Assembly: GCA_964016885.1 (NCBI GenBank)
Contig: OZ024742.1
Coordinates: 4,402,001 to 4,466,000 of the forward strand
Reading direction: 5' to 3'
DNA: 64,000 bases
From: Eledone cirrhosa
Lineage: Eukaryota
Part shown: positions 15,001-29,577 of the stretch, in pieces
Position numbering within the stretch: position 1 is the first letter of the stretch
Layout: each line of letters starts with the position of its first letter
The notes under the pieces: model-generated
Seen by the model: the letters and a program-made list of their open reading frames with translations, nothing else
What the model was told of the DNA's origin: nothing
Databases searched by the model: none
Translations under genes and position numbers: made by a program

Positions 15001-18000
15001 TCACTGTTGGTCAGAGAGTTGGATTGGGCCAGTGTAAGGCTTTTCTTGTCACTATTCGTCATAGAATGGGATTGGTCCATTGTAAGGCCTTGTCACTGTC
15101 GGTCATAGTGGGATTGGTCCAGTGTAAGACCTTTCTTGTCACTGTTGGTCAGAGAATGGGATTGGTCCAGTGTAAGGCCTTTCTTGTCACTGTTGGTCAG
15201 AGAATGGGATTGGTCCAGTGTAAGGCCTTTCTTGTCACTGTTGATCAAATAGTGGGATTGGTTCAGTTTCAAGCCTTTCTTGTCACTGTTGGTCAGAGAA
15301 TGGGATTGGTCCAGTGTAAGGCCTTTCCTGTCACTGTTGGTCAGAGAATGAGATTGGTCCAGTGTTAAGGCCTTGTCACTGTAGATCAGATAAGTGGGAT
15401 TGGTCCAGTGTAAGGCCTTGTTACTGTAGGTCAGAGAGTGGGATTTGTCCTGTGTAAAACCTTTCTTTTTACTGTTGGTCAGATAATGGAATTGGTCCAG
15501 TGTAAGGCCTTGTCATTGTTGGTCAGAGAGTCGGATTGGTCAGTGTAAGGCCTTTCTTGTTGGTCAGAGAGTTGAATTGGGCCAGTGTAAGGCCTTCTTG
15601 TCACTGTTGGTAAGAGAATCGTATTGGTCCAGTGTAAGGCCATGTCACTGTTGGTCATTGTGGGATTGGTCCAGTGTAAGGCCTTTCTTTTCACTGTTGG
15701 TCAGAGAGTGGATTGGTCCAGTGTAAGGCCGTTCCTGTCACTGTTGGTCAGAGAATGGGATTGGTCCAGTGTAAAGCCTATCTTGTCACTGTTGGTAAGA
15801 GAATCGTATTGGTCCAGTGTAAGGCCATGTCACTGTTGGTCAGAGAGTAAGATTGGTCCAGTGTAAGTCCTTTCTTGTCACTGTTGGTCAGAGAGTGGGA
15901 TTGGTCCAGTGTAAGGCCGTTTCTGTCACTGTTGGTCAGAGAATGGGATTGGTCCAGTGTAAAGCCTATGTTGTCACTGTTGGTCAGAGAGTGGGATTGG
16001 TCCAGTGTAAGGCTTTTCTCGTCACTGTTGGTCAGAGAGTGGGATTGGTCCAGTGTAAGGCCTTGTCACTGTTGGTCAGAGAGTGGGATTGGTCCATTGT
16101 AAGGCCTTTCTTGTCACTGTTGGTCAGAGAATGGGAATGGTCCAGTGTAAGACCTTTCTTGTCACTGTTGGTCACAGAGTGGGAGTGGTCCAGTGTATGG
16201 TCTTTCTTGTTAGTGTTGGTCAGAGAATGGGAATTGTCCAGTGTAAGGCATTGTCACTGTTGGTCAGAGAGTGGGATTGGTCCAGTGTAAGGCCTTTCTT
16301 GTCACTCTTGGTTAGAGAGTGGAATTGGTCCAGTGTAAGGCCTTTCTTGTCACTGTTGGTCAGAGAGTGGGATTGGTCCTGTGTAATGTATTTCCTGTCA
16401 CTGTTGGTAAGAAAGTGGATTGGTCCAGTGTAAGGCCTTTCTTGTCACTTTGGTCAGAGAGTGGCATTGGTCCAGTGTAAGGCCTTGTCACTGTTGGTCA
16501 GAGAGTGGGATTGGTCCAGTGTAAGTCCTTGCTTGTCAATGTTGGTCAGAAAGTGGGATTGGTCCAGTGTAAGGCCTTTCATGTCAGTGTTGGTCAGACA
16601 GTGGGATTGGTCCAGTGGAAGGCCTTTCTTGTCACTGTTGGTCAGAGAATGTAATTGGTCCAGTGTAAGGATTTTCTTGTCACTTTTGGTAAGAAAGTGG
16701 ATTGGTCCAGTGTAAGGCCTTTCTTGTCACTTTGGTCAGAGAGTGGTATTGGTCCAGTGTAAGGCCTTTCATATGACTGTTGGTCAGAGATTGGGACTGG
16801 TCCAGTGTAAGGCCTTGTCACTGTTGGTCAGATAGTGGAATTGGTCCAGTGTAAGGCCTTTCTTGTCACTGTTGGTCAGAGAATGAGATTGGTCCAGTGT
16901 TAAGGCCTTGTCACTGTTGATCAGATAAGTGGGATTGGTCCAGTGTAAGGCCTTGTTACTGTTGGTCAGATAGTGGGATTTGTCCTGTGTAAGACCTTTC
17001 TTGTTACTGTTGGTCAGATAATGGGATTGGTCCAGTGTAAGGCCTTTCTTGTCACTGTTGGTCAGAGAATGGGATTGGTCCAGTGTAAGGCCTTTCTTGT
17101 CACTGTTGGTCAGAGAATGGGATTGCAGCATATTAAGGCATTGTCACTGTTGGTCATAGTGGGATTGGTCCAATGTAAGGCCTTGTCACAGTTGGTCAGA
17201 GAATGGGATTGGTTCACTGTTATGTCCTTCTCATTGTTAGTCAGAGAGTTGGATTGGTCCAGTGTAAGACCTTTCTTGTCACTGTTGGTCAGAGAATGGT
17301 ATTGGTCCAGTGTAAGGCCTTTCTTGTCACTGTTGGTATGAAAGTGGATTTGTCCAGTGTAAGGCCTTTCTTGTCACTGTTGGTCAGAGAGTAGGATTGG
17401 TCCAGTTTAAGGCCTTTCTTGTCACTTTGGTCAGAGAGTGGTATTGGTCCAGTATAAGTCCTTTCTTGTCACTGTTGGTCAGAGAATGGTACTGGTCCAG
17501 TGTAAGGCCTTGTCACTGTTGGTCAGATAGTGGGATTGGTCCAGTCTAAGGCCTTTCTTGTCACTGTTGATCAAAGAGTGGGATTGGTTCAGTTTCAGGC
17601 CTTTCTTGTCAGTGTTGGTCAGAGAATGGGATTGGTCCAGTGTAAGGCCTTTCTTGTCACTGCTGGTAAGAAAGTGGATTGGTCCAGTGTAAGGCCTTTC
17701 TTGTCAGGTTGGTCAGAGAGTGGTATTGGTCCAGTGTAAGGCCTTTCTTGTCACTGTTGGTCAGAGAGTGGGACTGGTCCATTTTTAAGGACTTGTCACT
17801 GTTGGTCAGATAGTGGGATTGGTCCAGTTTAAGTCCTTTCTTGTCACTGTTGGTCAGAGAATGAGATTGGACCAGTGTTATGGCCTTGTCTCTGATGATC
17901 AGATTAGTGGGATTGGTCCAGTGTAAGGTCTTGTTACTGTTGGTCAGAGAGTGGGATTTGTCCTGTGTAAGACCTTTCTTGTTACTGTTTGTCAGATAAT

Positions 18001-21000
18001 GGGATTGGTCCTGTGTATGGCCTTTCTTGTTACTGTTGGTCAGAGAATGGGAATGGTCCAGTGTAAGGCATTGTCACTGTTGGTCAGAGAGTGGGATTGG
18101 TCCAGTGTGAGTCCTTGCTTGACACTGTTGGCTAGAAAATGGGATTGGTCCAGTGTAAGGCCTTTCTTGTCACTGTTGGTCAGAGAGTGGGATTGGTCCA
18201 GTGTAAGGCCTTTCTTGTCACTGTTGGTCAGAGAATGTAATTGGTCCAGTGTAAGGCCTTGTCACTGTTGGTCAGAGAGTGGGATTGGGCCAGTGTAAGG
18301 CCCTGTCACTTTTGGTCAGAAAGTGGGATTGGTTCAGTGTAAGTCCTTGTCACTGTTGGTCAGAGAGTGGGATTGGTCCAGTGTAAGGCCTTTCTTGTCA
18401 CTGTTGGTCAGAGAGTGGGATTGGTCCAGTGTAAGGCCTTTCTTGTCACTGTTGGTCAGAGAATGTAATTGGTCCAGTGTAAGGCCTTTCTTGTCACTTT
18501 TGGTAAGAAAGTGGATTGGTCCACTGTAAGGCCTTTCTTGTCACTTTGGTCAGAGAGTGGTATTGGTCCAGTGTAAGGCCTTTCTTGTCACTGTTGGTCA
18601 GAGAATGAGATTGGTCCAGTGTTAAGGCCTTGTCACTGTTGGTCAGAGAGTGGGATTGGTCCAGTGTAAGGCCTTTCTTGTCACTGTTGGTCATAGAATG
18701 AGATTGGTCCAGCGTTAAGGCCTTGTCACTGTTGATCAGATAAGTGGGATTGGTCCAGTGTAAGGACTTTTTACTGTTGGTCAGAGAGTGGGATTTGTCC
18801 TGTGTAAGACCTTTCTTGTTACTGTTGGTCAGATAATGGGATTGGTCCAGTGTAAGGCCTTTCTTGTCACTGTTGGTCAGAGAATGGGATTGGTCCAGTG
18901 TAAGGCCTTTCTTGTCACTGTTTATCAGAGAATGGGATTGGAGCATATTAAGACCTTGTAACGGTTGGTCATAGTGGGATTGGTCCAATATAAGGCCTTG
19001 TCACAGTGGGTCAGAGAATGGGATTGGTTCACTGTTAAGTCCTTCTCATTGTTGGTCAGAGAGTTGGATTGGTCCAGTGTAAGACCTTTCTTGTCACTGT
19101 TGGTCAGAGAATGATATTGGTCCAGTGTAAGGCCTTTCTTGTCACTGTTGGTTAGAGAATGAGATTGGTCCAGAGTTAAGGCCTTGTCACTGTTGGTCAG
19201 AGAGTGGGACTGGTCCAGTGTAAGGCTTTTCTTGTTACGGTTGGTCAGAGAGTGGGATTGGTCCAGTGTAAGACCTTTCTTGTCAATGTTGGTCAGAGAA
19301 TGGGATTGGTCTAGTGTAAGGCCTTGTCACTGTTGGTCAGAGAGCGGGATTGGTCCAGTGTAAGGCCTTGTCACTGTTGGACAGTGAGTGTGATTTGTCC
19401 AGGATAACACCTTTCTTGTTACTGTTGGTCAGAGAGTGGGATTGGTCCAGTGTAAGGCCTTTCTTGTCACTGTTGGTCAGTGAGTGGGATTGGTCCAGTG
19501 TAAGGCCTTTCTTGTCACTGTTGGTCAGAGAATGGGATTGGTCCAGTGTAAGACCTTTCTTGTCACTGTTGGTCAGAGAGTGGGAGTGGTCCAGTGTATG
19601 GTCTTTCTTGTTGCTGTTGTTCAGAGAATGGTAATGGTCCAGTGTAAGGCATTGTCAATGTTGATCAGAGAGTGGGATTGGTCCAGTGTAAGGCTTTTCT
19701 TGTCACTGTTGGTCAGAGAGTGGAATTGGTCCAGTGTAAGGCCATTCTTGTCACTGTTGGTCAGAGAGTGGGATTGGTCCAGTGTAAGGCCTTTCTTGTC
19801 TCTGTTGGTCAGAGAATGGGATTGGTCCAGTGTAAGGCCTTTCTTGTCACTGTTGGTCATAGAATGGGATCGGTCCAGTGTAAGGCCTTTCTTGTCACTG
19901 TTGGTCAGAAAGTGGGATCGGTCCTGTGTAAGGCCTTTCTTGCCACTGTTGGCCAGAGAATGGGATTGGTCCAGTTTCAGGCCATTCTTGTCACTGTTGG
20001 TCAGAGAGTGGGATTGGTCCAGTGTATGGCCATTCTTGTTACTGTTGGTCAGACAGTGAGATGGGTCCAGTGTAAGGCCTTCTTGTCACTGTTGGTCAGA
20101 GAGTTGGATTGGTCCATTGTAAGGCATTTCTTATCACTGTTGGTCAGAGAATCTGATTGGTCCAATGTAAGGCCCTGTCACAGTTGGTCAGAGAATGGGA
20201 TTGGTTCACTGTTAAGTCCTTCTCGTTGTTGGTCAGAGAGTTGGTTTAGTCCAGTGTAAGACCTTTCTTGTCACTGTTGGTCAGAGAATGGTATTGGTCC
20301 AGTGTAAGGCCTTTCTTGTCACTGTTGGTAAGAAAGTGGATTGGTCCATTGTAAGGCCTTTCTTGTCACTGTTGGTCAAAGAGTGGGATTGGTCGATTGT
20401 AAGGCCTTTCTTATCACTTTTGGTCAGAGAATCTGATTGGTCCAGTGTAAGGCCTTTCTTGTCGCTGTTGGTCAGAGAATGGGACTGGTCCAGTGTAACG
20501 CCCTGTCACAGTTGGTCTGATAGTGGGATTGGTCCAGTCTAAGGCCTTTGTTGTCACTGTTTATCAAAGAGTGGGATTGGTTCAGTTTCAGGCCTTTCCT
20601 GTCACTGTTGGTCAGAGAATGGGATTGGTCAAGTGTAAGGCCTTTCTTGTCACTGTTGGTCAGAGAATGAGATTGGTTCAGTGTTACGGCCTTGTCACTG
20701 TTGATCAGATAATTAGGATTGGTCCAGTGTAAGGCTTTGTTACTGTTGGTCAGAGAGCGGGATTTGTCCTGTGTAAGACCATTCTTATTACTGTTGGTCA
20801 GATAATGGAATTGGTCCAGTGTAAGGCCTTGTCATTGTTGGTCAGAGAGTGGGATTGATCAGTGTAAGGCCTTGTCACTGTTGTTCAGAGAGTTGGATTG
20901 GGCCAGTGTAAGGCCTTTCTTGTCACTGTTGGTCAGAGATTAAGATTGATCCAGTGTAAGGCTTTTCTTGTCACTGTTGGTCAGAGAGTGGGATTGGTCC

Positions 21001-24000
21001 AGTGTAAGGCCTTTCTTCTCACTGTTGGTCAGAGAATGGGATTGGTCCAGTGTAAGGCCTATCTTGTCACTGTTGGTCAGAGAGTGGGAGTAGTCCAGTG
21101 TATGGCTTTTCTTGTTACTGTTGGTCAGAGAATAGGAATGGTCCAGTGTAAGGCATTGTCACTGTTGGTCAGAGAGTGGGATTGGTCCAGCGTAAGTCCT
21201 TGCTTTACACTGTTGGTCAGAGAGTGGGATTGGTCCAGTGTAAGGCCTTTCTTGTCACTGTTGGTCAGAGAGTGGGATTGGTCCAGTGTAAGGCCTTGTC
21301 ACTGTTGGTCAGAAAGTGGGATTGGTCCAGTGTAAGGCCTTTCTTGTCACTGTTGGTCAGAGAATGGTATTGGTCCAGTGTAAGGCCTTTCTTGTCACTG
21401 TTGGTCATAGAATGGGATTGGTCCAGTGTAAGGCCTTTCTTGTCACTGTTGGTCAGAAAGTGGGATTGCTCCAACGTAAGGCCTTTCTTGTCACTGTTAG
21501 TCAGAGAGTGGGATTGGTCCCGTGTAAGGCCTTGTCACTGTTGGTCAGAGAGTGGGATTGGTCCAGTGTAAGGCCTTTCTTGTCACTGTTGTTCAGAGAA
21601 TGGGATTGCTCCAGTGTAAGGCCTTTCTTGTCACTGTTGGTCATAGAATTGGATTGGTCTAGTGTAAGGCTTTTCTTGTCACTCTTGGTCTGAAAGTGGG
21701 ATTGGTCCAGTGTAAGGCCTTTCTTGTCACTGTTGGTCAGAGAGTGGGATTAGTCCTGTGTAAGACCTTTCTTGTTACTGTTGGTCAGAGAATGGGATTG
21801 GTCCAGTGTAAGGCCTTGTCACTGTTGGTCAGAGAGTTGGATTGGGCCAGTGTAAGGCTTTTCTTGTCACTATTCGTCATAGAATGGGATTGGTCCATTG
21901 TAAGGCCTTGTCACTGTCGGTCATAGTGGGATTGGTCCAGTGTAAGACCTTTCTTGTCACTGTTGGTCAGAGAATGGGATTGGTCCAGTGTAAGGCCTTT
22001 CTTGTCACTGTTGGTCAGAGAATGGGATTGGTCCAGTGTAAGGCCTTTCTTGTCACTGTTGGTCAGAGAATGGGATTGGTCCAGTGTAAGGCCTTTCTTG
22101 TCACTGTTGGTCAGAGAATGGGATTGGTCCAGTGTAAGGCCTTTCTTGTCACTGTTGGTCAGAGAATGGGATTGGTCCAGTGTAAGGCCTTGTCATTGTT
22201 GGTCATAGTGGGATTGGTCCAATGTAAGGCCTTGTCACAGTTGGTCAGAAAATGGGATTGGTTCAGTGTTAAGTTCTTCTCATTGTTGGTCATAGAGTTG
22301 GATTGGTCCAGTGTAAGACCTTTCTTGTCACTGTTGGACAGGAATGGTATTTGTCCAGTGTAAGGCCTTTCTTGTCACTGTTGGTCAGAGAATGAGATTG
22401 GTCCAGTGTTAAGGCCTTGTCACTGTTGGTCAGAGAGTGGGATTGGTCCAGTTTAGGGCCTTTCTTGTTACTGTTGGTCAGAGAATGGTATTGGTTTAGT
22501 CTTAAGGCCTTGTCACTGTTGGTCAGAGAGTGGGATTGGTCCAGTGTAAGGCCTTTCTTGTCACTGTTGGTCAGAGAATGAGATTGATCCAATGTTAAAG
22601 CCTTTTCACTGTTGGTCAGAGAATGGGATTGGTCCAGTGTAAGGCGTTATCACTGCTGGTCAGAGAATGGGATTAGTTCAGTGTAAGTTCTCTCTTGTCA
22701 CTGATGGTCAGAGAATGTGATTGGTCCAGTGAATGGCTTATCTTGTCACTATTGGTCAGAGAATGAGATGGGTCCAGTGTAAGGCCATTCTTGTCACAGT
22801 TGGTCAGAGAATGTAATTGGTCCAGTGTAAGGCCTTCCTTGTCACTTTGGTCAGAGAGTGGTATTGGTCCTGTGTAAGGCCTTTCTTGTCACTGTTGGTC
22901 AGAGAGTGGGACTGGTCCAGTGTAAGGCCTTTCTTATCACTGTTGGTCAGATAGTGGGATTGGTCCAGTGTAAGGCCTTTCTTGTCACTGTTGGTCAGAG
23001 AATGGGATTGGAGCATTTTAAGGCGTTGTCACTGTTGGTCATAGTGGGATTGGTCCAATGTAAGGCCTTGTCATAGTTGGTCAGGGAATTGCATTGGTTC
23101 ACTGTTTAGTCCTCCTCATTGTTGGTCAGAGAGTTGGATTGGTCCAGTGTAAGACCTTTCTTGTCACTGTTGGTCAGAGAATGGGATTGGTCCAGTGTAA
23201 GGCCTTTCTTGTCACTGTTGGTCAGAGAGTGGGATTGGTCCAGTGTAAGGCCTTTCTTGTCACTGTTGGTCAGAGAATGTAATTGGTCCAGTGTAAGGCC
23301 TTTCTTGTCACTGTTGGTAAGAAAGTGGATTGTTCCAGTGTAAGGCCTTTCTTGTCACTGTTGGTCAGATAGTAGGATTGGTCCAGTGTAAGGCCTTTCT
23401 TATCACTGTTGGTCAGAGAATCTGATTGGTTCAGTGTAAGGCCTTTCTTGTCACTTTGGTCGGAGAGTGATATTGGTCCAGTATAAGTTCTTTCTTGTCA
23501 CTGTTGGTCAGAGAATAGGACTGGTCCAGTGTAAGGCCTTGTCAATGTTGGTCAGATAGTGGGATTGGTCCAGTGTAAGGCCTTTCTCGTCACTTTTGAT
23601 CGGATAAGTGGAATTGGTCCAGCGTAAGGCCTTGTTACTGTTGGTCAGAGAGTGGCATTCGTCCTGTGTAAGACCTTTCTTGTTACTGTTGGTCAGAGAA
23701 TGGGATTGGTCCAGTGTAAGGCCCTGTCACTGTTGGTCAGAGAGTTGGATTGGGCCAGTGTAAGGCCTTTATTGTCACTGTTGGCCAGAGAATGCGATTG
23801 GTCCAGTGTAAGGCCTTGTTACTGTCGGTCATAGTGGGATTGGTCCAGTGTAAGACCTTTCTTGTCACTGTTGGTCAGAGAATGGGATTGGTCGAGTGTA
23901 AGGCCTTTATTGTCACTGTTGGTCACAGAATGGGATTGGTCAAGTGTAAGGCCTTTCTTGTCACTGTTGGTCAGAGAATGGGATTGGTCCAGTGTAAGGC

Positions 24001-26380
24001 CTTGTCACTGTCGATCATCCTGGGATTGGTCCAATGTAAGGCCTTGCCACAGTTGGTCAGAGAATGGGATTGGTTCAGTGTTAAGTCCTTGTCACTATTG
24101 GTCAGAGAGTGGGATTGGTCCAGCGTAGGGCCTTTCTTGTTACTGTTGGTCAGATAGTGGGATGGCTCCAGTGTAAGGCCTTTCTTGTCAATGTTTGTCA
24201 GAGAATGGGATTGGTCCAGTGTAAGGCCTTGTCAATGTTGGTCAGGGAGTGGGATTGGTCAAGTGTAAGGCCTTGTCACTGTTTGTCACAGAGTGGGATT
24301 GGTCCAGTGTATGTCCTTTCTTGTCACTGTTGGTCAGAGAGTGGGATTGGTCCACTGTAAGGCCTTTCTTGTCACTGTTGTTCAGAGAGTGGGATTCGTC
24401 CAGTGTAAGGCCTTTCTTGTCACCGTTGGTCAGAGAATGGGATTGGTCTAGTGTAAGGCCTTTCTTGTCACTGTTGGTTAAAGAGCGGGATTGTTCCAGT
24501 GTAAGCCCTTTCTTGTCACTGTTGGTCAGAGAATTGGATTGGTCCAGTGTAAGGCCTTGTGACTGTTGGTCAGAGAGTGGGATTGGTGCCGTGTAAGGCC
24601 TTTCTTGTCACTCTTGGTCAGAGAGTGGTATTGGTCCAGTGTAAGGCCTTTCATGTCACTGTTGGTCAGAGAGTGGGATTGGTCCAGTGTAAGGCCTTGT
24701 CACTGTTGGTCAGAGAGTGGGATTGGGCCAGTGTCAGGCCCTGTCACTTTTGGTCAGAAAGTGGGATCGGTTCAGTGTAAGGCCTTGTCACTGTTGGTCA
24801 GAGAGTGGGATTGGTCCAGTGTAAGGCCTTTCTTGTCACTGTTGGTCAGAGAATGGGATTGGTCCAGTGTAAGGCCTTTCTTGTCACTGTTGGTCAGAGA
24901 GTGGGATTGGTCCAGTATAAGGCCTTTCTTGTCACTGTTGGTCAGAGAGTGGGATTGGTCCAGTGTAAGGCCTTTCTTGTCACTGTTGGTCATAGAATGG
25001 GATTGGCCAGTGTAAGGCCTTTCATGTCTCTGTTGGTCAGAAAGTGGGATTGGTCCAGTTTAAGGCCTTTTCCTGTCACTGTTGGTCAGAGAGTGGGATT
25101 GGTCCAGTGTAAGGCCTTTCTTGTCACTTTTGGTCAGAGAATGGGATTCGTCAAGTGTAAGGCCTTTCTTGTCACAGTTGGTCAGAGAGTGGGATTGGTC
25201 CAGTGTATGGCCTTTCTTGTTACTGTTGGTCAGAGAATGGGAACGGTCCAGTGTAAGGCATTGTCAATGTTGGTCAGAGAGTGGGATTGGTCCAGTGTCA
25301 GTCCTTTCTTGTCACTGTTGGTCAGAGAGTGGGATTGGTCCAGTGTAAGGCCTTGTCACTGTTGGTCAGAGAGTGTGATTGGTCCAGTGTAAGGCCTTTC
25401 CTGTCACTGTTGGTCAGAGAGTGGGATTGGTCCAGTGTAAGGCCTTTCTTGTCAATGTTGGTCAGAGAGTGGGATTGGTCCAGTATAAGGCCTTTCTTGT
25501 CACTGTTGGTCATAGATTGGGATTGGTCCAGTGTAAGGCCTTGTCACTGTTGGTCAGAGAGTGTGATTGGTCCAGTGTAAGGCCTTTCCTGTCACTGTTG
25601 GTCAGAGAGTGGGATTGGTCCAGTGTAAGGCCTTGTCACTTTTGGTCAGAGAGTGGGATTGGTCCAGTGTAAGTCCTTTCCTGTCACTGTTGGTCAGAGA
25701 GTGGGATTGGTCCAGTGTAAGGCCTTGTCACTGTTGGTCAGAGAGTGGGATTGGTCCAGTGTAAGGCCTTTCTTGTCACTCTTGGTCAGAGAGTGGGATT
25801 GGTCCAGTGTAAGGCCTTTCTTGTCACTGTTGGTCAGAGATTGGGATTGGTCTAGTGTAAGGCCTTGTCACTGTTGGTCAGAGAGTGGGATTGGTCCAGT
25901 GTAAGGCCTTTCTTGTCACTCTTGGTCAGAGAGTGGGATTGGTCCAGTGTAAGGCCTTTCTTGTCACTGCTGGTCAGAGAGTGGGATTGGTCTAGTGTAA
26001 GGCCTTGTCACTGTTGGTCAGAGAGTGTGATTGGTCCAGTGTAAGGACTTTCCTGTCACTGTTGGTCAGAGAGTGGGATTGGTCCAGTGTAAGGCCTTGT
26101 CACTTTTGGTCAGAGAGTGGGATTGGTCTAGTGTAAGGCCTTGTCACTGTTGGTCAGAGAGTGGGATTGGTCCAGTGTAAGGCCTTTCTTGTCACTGTTG
26201 GTCAGAGAATGGGATTGGTCCAGTGTAAGGCTTTTCTTGTCAGGGTTGGTCATAGAATGGGATTGGTCCAGTGTAAGGCCTTTCTTGTCACTGTTTGTCA
26301 GAATGTGGTATTGGTCCAGTGTAAGGCCTTTCCTGTCACTGTTGGTCAGAGAAGGCCATTGGTCCAGTTTAAGGCCTTCA
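1..26380. repeat. Satellite array, 48-bp consensus monomer (cttgtcactgttggtcagagagtgggattggtccagtgtaaggccttt) with 44/45/47/40-bp variants; runs off the left edge
   Basis: Continuous head-to-tail copies with no unique spacers. The 44-bp variant lacks 4 nt (aaggccttgtcac vs aaggcctttcttgtcac). The array ends abruptly at ~26380. Confidence 0.98.
8295..22030. repeat. Higher-order tandem duplication in the satellite: ~8295-15210 repeated at ~15210-22030
   Basis: Identical variant monomers and ORF translations recur at offset 6914 (8565/15479, 8939/15853) and then 6818 (9265/16083 through 15024/21842), implying a 96-bp (2-monomer) indel. Confidence 0.93.
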
Positions 26381-26589
26381 TTAAAAAGACCGTTAAACTC
26401 AGGTATTATTTGATCTAAACAACTTTCATATGTGTTATGTGACCAAGGCCTTTTCCTTTTTCTTTTGCTGCAGCATATGCAGAAAGTAACCTAAGTCCTT
26501 GGAAGGGCTAAAAAGTCATGTTTGTGCCACCTATGCATGAGGAAAAGATCAAGAGGCGTCAATTCTCGTAGCCGAGATACAATCATTGC

Positions 26590-26815
26590 ATGTATGTATG
26601 TACCATATGTATGTACGGGCCGTATGTATGAATGTATGTATGTATGTATAATATGCATGTTACGTGTACGTATACACCATGTGTATGTATGTATGTATGT
26701 ATGTATGTATGTACCATATGTATGGACGTAACATATGTATATAGGTACCATATATATGTACGTACCATATGTATGTACGTACCATATGTATATATGAAAC
26801 ATATCTATGTATATA
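26590..26815. repeat. Degenerate (TATG)n/(TACG) low-complexity tract
   Basis: Direct inspection. Confidence 0.85.
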
Positions 26816-27668
26816 GTAAATACTGGTGACACGAGATATAAATAATACAGTATGAGATTAATTTCATCCTCTTATATGTTTAAAGTTAAAATTATAAAAC
26901 CGTGGCAGGCGGAGATGGATTATAAATTTCAAATCTATGAAACATTTTTCTTTTAAATATGAAATATATTGAAATCCTCATCGATATATTTCATAGAGAT
27001 GACGGCCAATTAATCTCGATCAGGATTGATAAGTTGTCGTTAGACACCAAGAAAAATAACACCAACACTAGGCCTTCAATAATGAAGTGTTTACCTATGT
27101 TTTACACTCACCTAGCTCAACACTTTATTTAACGTTTATATATTATCTCCATAATTATCTCCCTCCTCTTTTCTTTTTTTTTTCCTTCACTTTATTTTCT
27201 TCCAACTTCTTCTGTCTTTCTTTTCTCCTACCTTCCTCCTCACTTCTGCCTCCAAGCACACATGACTACCGTTTTATTACAGTTCCCTTTCTGTCATGTA
27301 CCTTACTAATTAGACTTTACAAACTGACCCTCTCATCAATGTGTCTTAAATTCTACAATTCCTTGCTAAAATTTCATTTCACACTTCTGTTATGTCGTCT
27401 ATAACATAACAACTGATATAACCATTATTTTATCATTTATGTATAGGTTTTAATGATTATTTTATATTTACATATATTTGTTGTTCGTACATTCTTCTAT
27501 AATTGCCTTTCTCTTGCATATTTCTTTTTTGTTGTGTAAATTTATATTTACTTTCATTTATTTCCTAGCAGAGATAAACAAGTTTTTAACATTGATGCAT
27601 GCCGCCGGACTATAAGTCAATGACGTCCTGCCAGTGATAAGATGGTATACTCCTTGTTATGTTTTCAG

Positions 27669-28492
<824 letters not shown>

Positions 28493-28493
28493 A

Positions 28494-28752
28494 GGCGCAT
28501 AGCTTAGTGGTTAAAGCATTGGGCTTGCAATCGAAAGTTTGTGAGTTCAATTCTCGGACCGGCTCATGTGTTGTTTCCTTGAGCAAGACACTTTATTTCA
28601 CGTTGCTCCAGTTTACTCAGCTGTAGAAATGAGTACCGGCTTGCCCGCCCAGCCGGTGGGATGGCGTTATCTTATGGCTAAAACAGCACGACGTGCTGTG
28701 ACCAGCGCCGCCGATTGGCGCCCGACAGACTGGTCGGTCAAGGTGGTCAAGG
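28494..28752 (+). mobile_element. tRNA-derived SINE with CORE-like central domain
   Basis: A-box-like tagcttagtgg and B-box-like gagttcaattc, then tccttgagcaagacactttatttcacgttgctccagtttactcagctgtagaaatgagt (CORE-like). Related copies occur elsewhere in the window. Confidence 0.8.
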
Positions 28753-29577
28753 TGATATATATATATATATATATAGGTGGGTGGTATATATTCAAACTAA
28801 AAATTCCTCGCAGTCTGGATTTTAAGCATAACATATAAATAATGAGCATTCGCCCGACATATTTTCCGCCAAAATTGTAGACAAGAAACATTTTAATAAT
28901 GCCTCGTGTATAACAAAGAAGACTCTTTTAGAAAAATGCAGTATCGAAGAATACAAAGGGAAACTAAGGATGCTTTCAGAACTAGAAATGTCTATCTAGT
29001 AATAATCTACTCGAGTCCTTCGAAATGGATATCTTGAAAAATGAAGAATATCATTTTGAAAAGAGTCAGCAACAGCTTTTAGCAGAATATGGCAAATAAC
29101 ATAAAGAACTCTAAGGAACTAAATAATATATGTTTTAGAGCAAACAAAAGAATAAATATATAAAATGAAATATTGTACTTATAATAATCTACTAAATCCT
29201 ATCCATAATGCATTGAATTATATTAATATCGAGGCAAAAATCAAGGTGGAACATCTTAAGGTGGAAACACTTGCTTATATATAAAAGTTACACTAATATT
29301 AAGAATTATAGAAGCAACTTACCAACATTTGCAGCAGTCGTTAATTTAATTCAATCAAAACAAAACTGGGAAGAATTTTTTAAACCATTCCAGACAAAAA
29401 TCTGCATCTAGAACAGTTCTTAATTTAAGCTTTGGAATAATTATACAATAGTAATAAAATGGTTTACAAACATTCATGACAAACTAAAAACGCTACCTGT
29501 TTTTCTACACGCTATTTTGCCATTACATATAACGGCACACTAATAACAATGTATAATAGAAAATTGATCCTCTTCTT

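Noticed and set aside
1-26380. CRISPR-like array
   Set aside because: No unique spacers, no cas genes, eukaryotic context; the units are wholly repetitive.
18-26418. Repeat-protein ORFs (LTLDQSHSLTNSDKKG, LVREWDWSSVRPFLSL, VQCKAFLVTVGQRMGL)
   Set aside because: 48 bp is a multiple of 3, so frames stay open by chance; frequent 44/47/40-bp units shift the frame in every reading frame.
28494-28565. tRNA gene
   Set aside because: A/B boxes are present but the acceptor stem does not close, and it continues into a multicopy SINE body.
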